In this document: in pieces, positions 39,377-47,867 of the stretch | Layout of the letters: each line of letters starts with the position of its first letter | How positions within the stretch are numbered: the first letter of the stretch is position 1 | From: a virus | Lineage: Duplodnaviria > Caudoviricetes | Direction: 5' to 3' (one strand) | Length of the DNA: 64,000 nt | Virus record (IMG/VR): IMGVR_UViG_3300030433_001901 | Location: 1 to 64,000 of that record | Notes under the pieces: model-generated | Told to the model about the DNA's origin: nothing | The model's database searches: none | The model's input: only the letters and a program-made list of their open reading frames with translations | Position numbers and translations under genes: made by a program

Positions 39377-39513
39377 GAAGGACACCCCGCTTTCTCACAA
39401 GTTGAGCCTTTGCAGTTATCACAGGATTTACAACCCCTGCAACCCTTACAGTCTTTACCCTTACACATACTTTCTTTTAATAGCGTTCCCCAACTTTCTC
39501 TAAATGGATTCAT
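39373..39513 (-). CDS. 46-aa metallothionein-like peptide with N-terminal W..LLK tag (not in ORF track)
   Basis: GAGGTGA SD; MNPFRESWGTLLKESMCKGKDCKGCRGCKSCDNCKGSTCEKAGCPS (8 Cys); ATGA overlap with the SAP gene. Confidence 0.75.
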   Translation of the reverse strand: MNPFRESWGTLLKESMCKGKDCKGCRGCKSCDNCKGSTCEKAGCPS

Positions 39514-39523
39514 TTATTTCACC

Positions 39524-41440
39524 TCACATGTGTAAGAAAGCATCATGAGATATTACCCTCACATGCTTCGGTTTTATAGTCAACTCGGACTTAATAACAC
39601 CCTTGTCTTCCGGTATCGGTAGTGGTGCTGAATCAATGATGTAATCATCAATGACTATGATAACTTCTTCACGGTTAGCCCCTGCACCAGCCTTTGTCAA
39701 AGTTAGTGTAATAGGTTCAGTAAAATTATGAGTTCTGTTAGTTCTAAATTCATGCCAAATGAGAGGGTCGGAAGCAATGACGGTCATGGATAATTCATAC
39801 TCCATTGCTTTTTCAATCATAATGTTAGCATTCCTTGACCCACCGAATGGTATTTGCTCAAGAGAACTACCAGCGGTATTGCGTGATTCTGCTTGACTGT
39901 TGCCGCGAATAGTATAAATTGCTTCGGCATTGTTGTTGCCGCTTAGAGCAAAGTTTGTCACTTGCGCGATATTAATTCCAAATGAACTAATTTGTCCATT
40001 GTAAAAGAAAAATGGTTTTTCTGTATTAGGTGCGATACCTGCTTTCTTTCTATTTACTGTGCTATTACCAACATTCTCAAACATTCGGTGTGCTGTGAAT
40101 CGGTCGCCTTTGTTGCTGTCTTCAAGACGGCCTGTGTCGGTGTAGCAGTAAAGCGCATCAAAGTTGACAGTTAACTTAACTTCTGCATCTGCGTCTGCCG
40201 CGAGAGAGAAGTCTTTAACCTTACAACCTTTCCAAACGCGCGTAAGTTGCTTGCTATCATTCACCGAACCCGGTGCCGCAAGACCTTCGCCACTTGCATT
40301 AAATGAACCAGTATTGTGTGTGCGAATACTGGATTCTATTGCGAAAGATGGGAGAGTAGCACCGGAGAATAGAAGTCGTGATTGGCGGTTAGTGATTTTT
40401 CCATAGTTAGCGGCAGTTGTGTCAAAATTTGGTGAACCGTCGGCAGAACCGGGCATGTATTTGACCCTCTTGAAACTATAAGTGCCGCTATCATGATTGA
40501 AATAAAATGGCTCATCAACATGTATTCTTCTTAAATTAGGGTCTATGTATAACACTTGGCGAATTTCGTTTCGCTCGGTGTTCTCCATATCTATACCAAG
40601 ACCATCAGCACCCCATTCTTTTGATGCGGCGGCAGGTGTGTCCTTCGGGAAATCTGTTGCTGTGCTATCAACAACGATGATATACTCACCAGCAGTAATA
40701 TTAGAAATTGCACCTGTGTAAGCAATAAAAGTATCACCAGCCGCGATGTCCACCTTGCCGCCTACTGATGGGTCGCCGCTCATTGTAGTGGAAGGCACAT
40801 CAATTACTTCGCGCCCAAGTGAATAATACAACCAACGCGCGCTGTTCATCATTGTTTCAATAGAGCCACCTTCGTTAGAAAATCGCTGTGGTTCTTGAAT
40901 AACAACATCACGACCAACACCGACAATGTGGGAGCGTCTAATTTCCACTTTCGTTTCCGGTAGCGCGACGGTTGCCGCAAGACCGATAAACTGGTCAGTA
41001 AGAACCGACTCATCGGAAGAAGCGGCTTGAGCATGGTAAGTCATACCTGTGTCAATTGTTGGTGTTCCTATGGTATCAATAAGTAATTCATCATGAGTAG
41101 TTGAAGTGGTGCTTACTTCTTTCATAGCAGGTGATACGGTAAGTGTTTTGCCGCTGTTTGCAACAATAGTATAGACATGACCGTTTGTTGCGTTATCATC
41201 GTCGGTAAAATTACCAGCACCGACAACGCGAAGTTGTGAACCAACAAGCATACCAACAGGGTATTTCAAATTAGATGAGCCGTCAAAGAAACCTTGATTC
41301 GCGCCGCTGAATGTAATAGTCGTCCCTGTTGCATCAGTCTGCCATTGAAGTGCGCCGAAGCCACCATGCTTTAATGCTAATCCACATTCTTTACCGAATG
41401 TCACTTCGGATATGTCCCCTTTATACACCGTTGATGCCAT
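39524..41440 (-). CDS. Major tail tube protein with inserted domains
   Basis: Between terminator and chaperone; tube-like LPSFAIE...GCKVKDFSL...VKLTVNF...PFFF...VTNFALSGNNN. No sheath gene, so siphovirus-like. Confidence 0.75.
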   Translation of the reverse strand: MASTVYKGDISEVTFGKECGLALKHGGFGALQWQTDATGTTITFSGANQGFFDGSSNLKYPVGMLVGSQLRVVGAGNFTDDDNATNGHVYTIVANSGKTLTVSPAMKEVSTTSTTHDELLIDTIGTPTIDTGMTYHAQAASSDESVLTDQFIGLAATVALPETKVEIRRSHIVGVGRDVVIQEPQRFSNEGGSIETMMNSARWLYYSLGREVIDVPSTTMSGDPSVGGKVDIAAGDTFIAYTGAISNITAGEYIIVVDSTATDFPKDTPAAASKEWGADGLGIDMENTERNEIRQVLYIDPNLRRIHVDEPFYFNHDSGTYSFKRVKYMPGSADGSPNFDTTAANYGKITNRQSRLLFSGATLPSFAIESSIRTHNTGSFNASGEGLAAPGSVNDSKQLTRVWKGCKVKDFSLAADADAEVKLTVNFDALYCYTDTGRLEDSNKGDRFTAHRMFENVGNSTVNRKKAGIAPNTEKPFFFYNGQISSFGINIAQVTNFALSGNNNAEAIYTIRGNSQAESRNTAGSSLEQIPFGGSRNANIMIEKAMEYELSMTVIASDPLIWHEFRTNRTHNFTEPITLTLTKAGAGANREEVIIVIDDYIIDSAPLPIPEDKGVIKSELTIKPKHVRVISHDAFLHM

Positions 41441-41459
41441 ATTATCAGTCCGCCTTACT

Positions 41460-41900
41460 TCACGCGATGAGTTCACTAAAGATAACTATTTCCACTTGGA
41501 AGGTCATTCTATGCAACCTCTTTGTCCGGTCGGAGAGGTCAGTCCGCATCTTATAGAGTAATCGGTCAAAATTCGCGCCATCACCCTTTCTTTGGCTATG
41601 CACGATGCGCCGAATCTCATCTTCCATCTTCATGAGATGCTTTCTCCCGCTCATTGTTCGCGCATCAACCGTGATATTGATTCGCGTGTGGACAAAATCA
41701 TAGAACACTTCCGGCTGTTCTTCATTGTGGACAGTTTCATACAGCAGTATAGCGTCTTTATGGGTAAGGTCAAGACGCTTACCACGCCCAGCCTCAACAG
41801 TTGTAATATCATCAATGATAGGAGTTCGCTGGTCTGTGTTGCCGCGATTCCACCCATCGCTAAGAATTTTTTTAATTAGTTCAACAGATTCAAGAGCCAA
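41460..41900 (-). CDS. Tail terminator / head-tail joining protein (putative)
   Basis: 146 aa, immediately upstream of the tail tube. Confidence 0.55.
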   Translation of the reverse strand: MALESVELIKKILSDGWNRGNTDQRTPIIDDITTVEAGRGKRLDLTHKDAILLYETVHNEEQPEVFYDFVHTRINITVDARTMSGRKHLMKMEDEIRRIVHSQRKGDGANFDRLLYKMRTDLSDRTKRLHRMTFQVEIVIFSELIA

Positions 41901-42162
41901 TCAAATCACTTCCTATGCTTGATTGTGCGCGTGCTTGTTTTTTCGCCGCGTTGATAATATTTTGATAGTCGGGGTGTTTTTCGTCCATGACTTTACCATT
42001 CGCGTCAATCAACTCTCCTTCCCCATTGACCGCCGCTCCGTAAAGACTGGCTGTTGCATCAAGAAAGATTCGCCCACTATCATTGAAGATAGACATTTCA
42101 CGCGCTTGTTTAATAGGTTCTGTGAGAGCCTGTGCGATAGCCTTCTTGATTATTTCTTCCAT
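41890..42162 (-). CDS. Hypothetical neck-region protein
   Basis: ATG ORF within the neck operon. Confidence 0.6.
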   Translation of the reverse strand: MEEIIKKAIAQALTEPIKQAREMSIFNDSGRIFLDATASLYGAAVNGEGELIDANGKVMDEKHPDYQNIINAAKKQARAQSSIGSDLIGS

Positions 42163-42166
42163 ACTA

Positions 42167-43750
42167 TCACAACACCGTCATTACTTCTGTATAGCGTGGT
42201 AGTGTTTCAGCCACCTGCGCCTTGAATAGTTGATACTTGCTACCCAAGTCAACATTCTGTGTTCCTTCGGGTAGTAGCACGCTTCGGTCGTCGGACAGTA
42301 TCAAGTCCATCGCGACCAACTTGGTGCATATATCTTCAATCGCTTTCTCAACATATCGCTCACCATAGACATACGATACCTTGACTGCGTTCCATGAGAA
42401 ATAAGGGTATGAGTTGTTGAAGTAAATAACACCCATATCGTAGTCAGCCCACCAATCGCGAAGTCTTGCTTCATCACCTGTGGTTGTGCCGACATAATCA
42501 ATCTTGAACTTCTTTTGTAAAAGTGTAGCACCATTGGTTGCCGCCGCGCTAATATCACCTACGAGGTCAATAACGCCGTTAAGTGTAGTTCCTGTAATAC
42601 TTGTGTAGTATCCGTATGTCGCGCCAATGTTAATGATGCCGTATGGTGCAAGCCCTGTGACATCATTAAGAACAATAGTAGTGGCTGTTGATGAAGACAC
42701 AGTTTTACTTGTTTCGGTTGCCCCTGTAAATGTAATACCGGAAGATGTGCAAGCATAGGTGGCGTTTTCACCTGCTTCACCACGACGCATTGAAGTAATC
42801 TTTAATTGACCGCCTCCGTAATCAGCGTTTGCTGATGCCATAAACTCATGATGCACATTTGCTGTAATTGTTCCGTCAGCCTCGGTCGTATCTTCAAATA
42901 CAAACGATGGGCTAAACTCGGTAGCAGACTTGCCTTTGCGCGCATCTTTGTTGATGAGGTCAGCCAACTGTTGTGCTGTGCTTACATTATCAAACTGTGC
43001 GCGGAACTTAGAAGCCCCATCACCAACGGTTAATGTTGCTACACCACCTCCACCGGGACACAAAAAGAGTTTATCTGTATCAGCAGTTAGTTGTGTAAAA
43101 TCATCAACTTTTAATCTTATTTCAGCCGCGGCAATTTCGCGGTAATCTTGACCTTGCCATATTTCAAGTCGTAGTATTTGTTGAGCATTGCGGAACATCA
43201 AAGGAACAGAACCAACATAATCTGTATAGTATCTGCGGCGATATGGTTTGTAAGTATCAAAATTAAGATATTCAGCAGTCTGCAACATAGGTCGCCAAGC
43301 GTTATTTGTTAGGTTATCTATCTTATCTTGGGTGCGCAGAATAAGAGTTTCAACTTGTTTCTTTGTGATACCTTTACGCTTACCATTTGTGAATGATTGG
43401 AGGTTTTGCACCTGCGCATTGTCAGCCGTTGTGTAAGTTCCTGTCAAGGCGGGTGAAAATGTTAGACGGACATTACCCGATGCTCTCGCGGGGTCTTGTG
43501 TTATCACCACCGTTTCACCCATTTCAGCGTCGCTGGTAATCTCAATCGTATCACCTTTTTCAAAACCAACCAAACGAAAATCGGCTGGTGATATGTCAAT
43601 ATGAGTATTACCGTCATTAAGTGCTAAATAAACAGGGTCGGGAAATGGTATTTGCAAAATATCTGCTACTTTCTGTGGAGATGTGTAGTATATTCTGTTA
43701 GGAAATAGCGGTCTTCCTTCGCGCTCTCCTGTTTGAAATACTGTTGGCAT
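42167..43750 (-). CDS. Head-tail adaptor protein with large insertions (putative)
   Basis: YYTSPQKVA...LI...DKID...W and VKVSYVYG...IEDICTKLVA fit an adaptor pattern. Confidence 0.6.
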   Translation of the reverse strand: MPTVFQTGEREGRPLFPNRIYYTSPQKVADILQIPFPDPVYLALNDGNTHIDISPADFRLVGFEKGDTIEITSDAEMGETVVITQDPARASGNVRLTFSPALTGTYTTADNAQVQNLQSFTNGKRKGITKKQVETLILRTQDKIDNLTNNAWRPMLQTAEYLNFDTYKPYRRRYYTDYVGSVPLMFRNAQQILRLEIWQGQDYREIAAAEIRLKVDDFTQLTADTDKLFLCPGGGGVATLTVGDGASKFRAQFDNVSTAQQLADLINKDARKGKSATEFSPSFVFEDTTEADGTITANVHHEFMASANADYGGGQLKITSMRRGEAGENATYACTSSGITFTGATETSKTVSSSTATTIVLNDVTGLAPYGIINIGATYGYYTSITGTTLNGVIDLVGDISAAATNGATLLQKKFKIDYVGTTTGDEARLRDWWADYDMGVIYFNNSYPYFSWNAVKVSYVYGERYVEKAIEDICTKLVAMDLILSDDRSVLLPEGTQNVDLGSKYQLFKAQVAETLPRYTEVMTVL

Positions 43751-44016
43751 TAAATCACCTCTTCTGTCTTAGCAAGATTGTAGTCCATTGGCTTCTTACA
43801 AGCACCGCAACGCTCAAGATAACAGAAGTGAAGCATACCGCAAAAACGGCATCGCGTTCCCGAACCAATGTTAACAATATCCCGTATGTTGCGCGTTTTC
43901 ATGTTTTGACGCTTTACAACGCCTTTCAACTTATCGCGCTCATCGGTCTTGACCATTGACTCTTCGGCTTTACGCCAGCCCTGTTTCTCAAGTCGTCGGA
44001 GTTCTTGTATGTCCAT
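43750..44016 (-). CDS. Basic Zn-ribbon protein
   Basis: RCRFCG...RCGAC; GGTGA SD before the ATG at 44016. Confidence 0.7.
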   Translation of the reverse strand: MDIQELRRLEKQGWRKAEESMVKTDERDKLKGVVKRQNMKTRNIRDIVNIGSGTRCRFCGMLHFCYLERCGACKKPMDYNLAKTEEVI

Positions 44017-44027
44017 GCCGTTCACCT

Positions 44028-44201
44028 TCAAGCGGTGACGACTACAACATATAAGTTGCCCTGCATAGTATATGATGTTATACTCTCAACGGTTTTACTG
44101 TTGGTATAATCATCAAGAACCTTTTGGACTCCACCTGCAACTGACGCGCCTGTTTCACAAGCCTCGTTAGGTGTGAACTCAAACACTTTGGTATCGGACA
44201 A
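44028..44201 (-). CDS. 57-aa hypothetical protein (not in ORF track)
   Basis: GGTGA SD, TTG start, MSDTKVFEFTPNEAC...LYVVVVTA; fills the gap exactly. Confidence 0.6.
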   Translation of the reverse strand: MSDTKVFEFTPNEACETGASVAGGVQKVLDDYTNSKTVESITSYTMQGNLYVVVVTA

Positions 44202-44212
44202 GGTGAATCACC

Positions 44213-44458
44213 TTATCTCTTACCAAGTGCGAACAGTCTGCCACCATCAGCGTGTGAAATATCAGTAAAGTGAACCACTAACCCTGCTATCTTCGCTACA
44301 CTTGCAGTTCCTAACTTATTAGAAGGTTGAACTTGCACCATGAGTATTTCGCTCATGAAATCGCTAAGGTCAATTTCTGTGTCGCCATTCGCTACTGTTC
44401 CGGTAATTGCTATCAAATCGCCTAATGTATGTGGTCTATTATCACTTGTAAATGCCAT
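44213..44458 (-). CDS. Small virion protein (putative)
   Basis: Beta-rich 81 aa downstream of the capsid gene. Confidence 0.55.
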   Translation of the reverse strand: MAFTSDNRPHTLGDLIAITGTVANGDTEIDLSDFMSEILMVQVQPSNKLGTASVAKIAGLVVHFTDISHADGGRLFALGKR

Positions 44459-44460
44459 AA

Positions 44461-44832
44461 TTATTCATCTCCTGTTGTATCTGCTTCTTCGCCTTCGGTT
44501 ATAGACTCTTCGGGTGGATTGAGATGTGTTTCAATCGCCGCGAGCAACTTGGCTTTGGTGGAGAGCGCGGAGTATTCAATTCCCTTCTCATCACACCAAG
44601 CCATAATATCACCCTTCTTCCAACCCATATCGGGGATACCGTCATTTCCAAGGTCAACTGATTCAAAGGTATGCCCTTTGATTACAAAGTCTGCCCCGTC
44701 AACAGCGGCGCGGTTTGTATCAAGCCATTCAGCCGATACTTCAACCTCTTTACCCCAAGTCCACCAACCTAAACGACCCATGTTCGCGCCAGCGCGTCGT
44801 GAGCCTTTGTAAGTTATAGTTGGCAGAAGCAA
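44461..44832 (-). CDS. Protein with C-terminal HeH/SAP-like helix pair
   Basis: WKKGDIMAWCDEKGIEYSALSTKAKLLAAI. Confidence 0.55.
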   Translation of the reverse strand: MLLPTITYKGSRRAGANMGRLGWWTWGKEVEVSAEWLDTNRAAVDGADFVIKGHTFESVDLGNDGIPDMGWKKGDIMAWCDEKGIEYSALSTKAKLLAAIETHLNPPEESITEGEEADTTGDE

Positions 44833-44837
44833 TCACC

Positions 44838-45251
44838 TCAAGCCACAAGAACCCAAATGGTCGCGTTGCTGGTGTCGTTGGTAGTTCCGTCAGTCGTTGC
44901 TTCACAATCAGCAGTCAGCACAAGGGCGGCTGTTTTGGCTACGCCAAGATTGGCGGTCGCGTCGGAGCCGTGTGCAATTACGCTTAGAATGACATTTACG
45001 CCACCGCTAAAAGTAATGGTTTCTGCTTCTGCAAGATTACCAAGTGTTAAACACAACAATCGCGGTTGCATTCGGTTTGCACCATCAGTTTGACGCGGTT
45101 CAAACGAGTCCAAAGCACCCGGATAGTTTGCACCAAACCATGTAGTATCATCTTGGTCAACACCTGCTTGAAGTGGAAGGTCGTAATCAATATTGATTGT
45201 TGCACTTCCGCTGGTCGTTACTGTTATTCCTCTATGTGTATCATTTGCCAT
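44838..45251 (-). CDS. Capsid decoration / minor capsid protein (putative)
   Basis: Directly after the major capsid gene; Thr/Ala/Gly-rich beta protein; GAGGTGA SD. Confidence 0.5.
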   Translation of the reverse strand: MANDTHRGITVTTSGSATINIDYDLPLQAGVDQDDTTWFGANYPGALDSFEPRQTDGANRMQPRLLCLTLGNLAEAETITFSGGVNVILSVIAHGSDATANLGVAKTAALVLTADCEATTDGTTNDTSNATIWVLVA

Positions 45252-45262
45252 ATCTAATCACC

Positions 45263-46411
45263 TCATTGTAAGTCGCGAATGCTACCACTTGCACCGAAGA
45301 AAGAACACCATAGTTCTCCCATAGTTCTGTAAAGTCCTTCTTGTCCAAGACGGTTAATCGCGAATGGGTCGCCAGTTTCTATACCGGATTCATAATATTG
45401 AGTTGGGATAGCAGTTTGGAACCATAGGTAATCTGTGTCAAGGTAATACATACGAGATAGTGAACCTGCACCATCTTGTGGCATGTCTTTGGTTGGGATA
45501 ATTGGGACACCATTATAGGTAGCCACAATGAAACCAGCCTCAAGCCCCGGAACACCCTTTACACCGTTATAGGTTGGTGTGATTCTCTTGCTGTCCATGA
45601 ATCTTTGTTGGGATTGTAGCAACTGTTGAACTCTCATTAGAGTATCATATCCAGTTAGCATAACCTTTGGATTACCACCACGGGTCCATAGTTGTTGGAA
45701 CAATCCGTCAAGTTGGTTTAAAGATAGGTTTCTGTTAGTGCTTGAACTGCTTGAAACATCAACTTCCGCGCTGTGGAAATCTGCGCTTCCGTCGCGAGTA
45801 ATGGAGTAAATGTCGTGGTCAGTGGTTGCGCTTACATGGCCTGTTCCTGTTGTCATCTTGTCCGGGTCGGAAGTTAATCTGTCAAGAGATTCAAAGTCGT
45901 TTCCAACTGGTGTGTCAACATCTTCAAGAAGCATTCTGTTAATGTGTTCAGCGTGGTGCTTACCCATTTCTTCTTTCAAGACTTGTCGGACATCGCCCAA
46001 TCCATCGTCCTTATCGGAAAGGAACATGCTCACTTCGGATAGGTCAAAAGTGTGCGCGATGGTCTTTGGCTTTGCGGCTACATGTAGAAACTCCGGCTTA
46101 GAAGTGTCCGGTAGTGTTCCGTTCTCCGCGATTCCTCCACCCTTGGTAAAGTCAGCACGACCAGTTAGAATTCTCCAACCACTTCTTTCCCACGGCTTCT
46201 TTGGTAGTATAGAAAACGCATTGAATTCTTGGTTCAATTGCGACCATACTTTTCTGCCGTATATTGCTTGGTATGTTCCAGCAGTAGTGGACAATAGAGG
46301 CGCGTCTGCCTTTAGAATGTCCCCGCTACCATAAGTATATCCTGTTTGAGAAGCACCGCCGTAGTAATACCTCTCCATGTCTTGCACTGTTCTTACATAA
46401 TTTCTTGCCAT
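45263..46411 (-). CDS. Major capsid protein (HK97 fold)
   Basis: 382 aa downstream of the protease-scaffold; GGGIAENGTLPD, FESLDRL, PKVMLTG, YNGVPIIP, SIRDLQ pattern of archaeal tailed-virus MCPs. Confidence 0.85.
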   Translation of the reverse strand: MARNYVRTVQDMERYYYGGASQTGYTYGSGDILKADAPLLSTTAGTYQAIYGRKVWSQLNQEFNAFSILPKKPWERSGWRILTGRADFTKGGGIAENGTLPDTSKPEFLHVAAKPKTIAHTFDLSEVSMFLSDKDDGLGDVRQVLKEEMGKHHAEHINRMLLEDVDTPVGNDFESLDRLTSDPDKMTTGTGHVSATTDHDIYSITRDGSADFHSAEVDVSSSSSTNRNLSLNQLDGLFQQLWTRGGNPKVMLTGYDTLMRVQQLLQSQQRFMDSKRITPTYNGVKGVPGLEAGFIVATYNGVPIIPTKDMPQDGAGSLSRMYYLDTDYLWFQTAIPTQYYESGIETGDPFAINRLGQEGLYRTMGELWCSFFGASGSIRDLQ

Positions 46412-47850
46412 CAGTATTCACCTCCGTTCAACGCTTTGTTTGCAAGTCTGTGAACATCGTCCCATGTCATGTCTGCAAGTTCAGCGGTTTCGGGAATTGT
46501 GACAGTCGCGCTGTTAGCGGACTTTGCTATTGTTGTTGCTGTTGAAGAAACATTGTCAATTCTGTCGTTTAGAGCAAGAACAGCCTTTTGTAGTTCAACA
46601 AGAGGTGCGCGAGCATCAAATTCATTCTTTGCTATTGCATCTGCTTCTTGCTTCTGTTCTTTTAGGAACCTTTCTGTGAAGTTGTTGTTTAGGTCAGCCT
46701 TGAATTGTTGTTCCATTGCCGCCGCTTTATACACTTCATACGCCGCTTCTATTTCACTTGGTGAAACATTGTGTGCGTTTAGGTAGTCGCTCTTAATTAC
46801 ATTCTTATTTCCTGTTGGAGCGGAGCCGAAGTTTGGTTGTGGCCTCTTAGGGGAGTCGTCTTCACCTGCTCCTTCAAGAGAACCTTGTCCACGCATGTCA
46901 AATGCGCTTTCGCCCGGTCCGTATCCTTTACTGAAATGGTCGCGCGCCGCAGACGGGTCAAAACCCGCGCTTTTTGCGGTCTGCTCTAACCAAGTCAAAT
47001 AATCGCTCGTTATCATATCATCTGCTTTGTTTGTCATATCATCACCATAGTTCATGTCTTCCATGTCCTCGTCGTCGTCATCTTCCTTCTTGTCTTTTCG
47101 CGCTTCTATCAACGGCTCTTTTCTGTTATCATCACCGTCAACATCTTTCGTGTCAAGAAGGTCCTCAATGCCTTTGTCTTTGGACTCTTTATCTTCATCT
47201 TTCTTTTTATCATCAGCCATCATAGCCTTGTCTTTTTCTTCCTTGTCTTTGTCCTTGTCGTCAAGTTTCTTTGACAAGCGTTCAAGGACACTTTGCAATT
47301 CGCTCATTGTGTTTGTCATATTATCACCTGTGTCCTCCTTGAGAATCCTAAATTGCGCTTCGGGATTAATACCCTTCTCACAAATTGTCACCTCATGGAG
47401 TTCCATACGACGGATTTCGCGGTAATCACCGCGAGTTTGGTCGCTCTTGTTAACGCGCTCAAATGCTTGACCGCCAATAGAGAACGAGCGCAAGTTCCCT
47501 TTGCGGATTTCGGAAGCCACTTCGCGTGCCTTCTCTATGTCGCCGCGTAGTTTGATAACTACAAACATACCTGTGTCGTCCACTTCGGACTTCCAAACAC
47601 GGCCACTTGAATCTGTGTAGGAAGGAATGACACTTCCTACTTGAATATTAGAATGAGCAAGTTGAACATTGCGGAATCCATCTGCTTTCATAAATTTACC
47701 AAAAGCATCTTTCAAAGCACCGCGAGTAATTAAATCGCCTTGCTTGTCAACCATCTCAACAGACGCATATCCAGCAACAACAAGGTCATTACCAATACCC
47801 TTCAAAATGATAGGGTTGCTGGATACAGACGGTGCCGCAAGAATCGCCAT
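46411..47850 (-). CDS. Prohead protease (HK97/XkdF-like) fused to scaffold
   Basis: GYASVEMVDKQGD, catalytic-type LAH and SFSIGG, EVTICEKGINPEA; acidic coiled-coil C-terminal two-thirds. Confidence 0.88.
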   Translation of the reverse strand: MAILAAPSVSSNPIILKGIGNDLVVAGYASVEMVDKQGDLITRGALKDAFGKFMKADGFRNVQLAHSNIQVGSVIPSYTDSSGRVWKSEVDDTGMFVVIKLRGDIEKAREVASEIRKGNLRSFSIGGQAFERVNKSDQTRGDYREIRRMELHEVTICEKGINPEAQFRILKEDTGDNMTNTMSELQSVLERLSKKLDDKDKDKEEKDKAMMADDKKKDEDKESKDKGIEDLLDTKDVDGDDNRKEPLIEARKDKKEDDDDEDMEDMNYGDDMTNKADDMITSDYLTWLEQTAKSAGFDPSAARDHFSKGYGPGESAFDMRGQGSLEGAGEDDSPKRPQPNFGSAPTGNKNVIKSDYLNAHNVSPSEIEAAYEVYKAAAMEQQFKADLNNNFTERFLKEQKQEADAIAKNEFDARAPLVELQKAVLALNDRIDNVSSTATTIAKSANSATVTIPETAELADMTWDDVHRLANKALNGGEY

Positions 47851-47867
47851 TGCTCACGAACATAATT

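Noticed and set aside
39524-41440. Contractile tail sheath
   Set aside because: The sequence pattern and position before the chaperone and tape measure fit a tail tube with insertions; there is no separate tube-plus-sheath pair.
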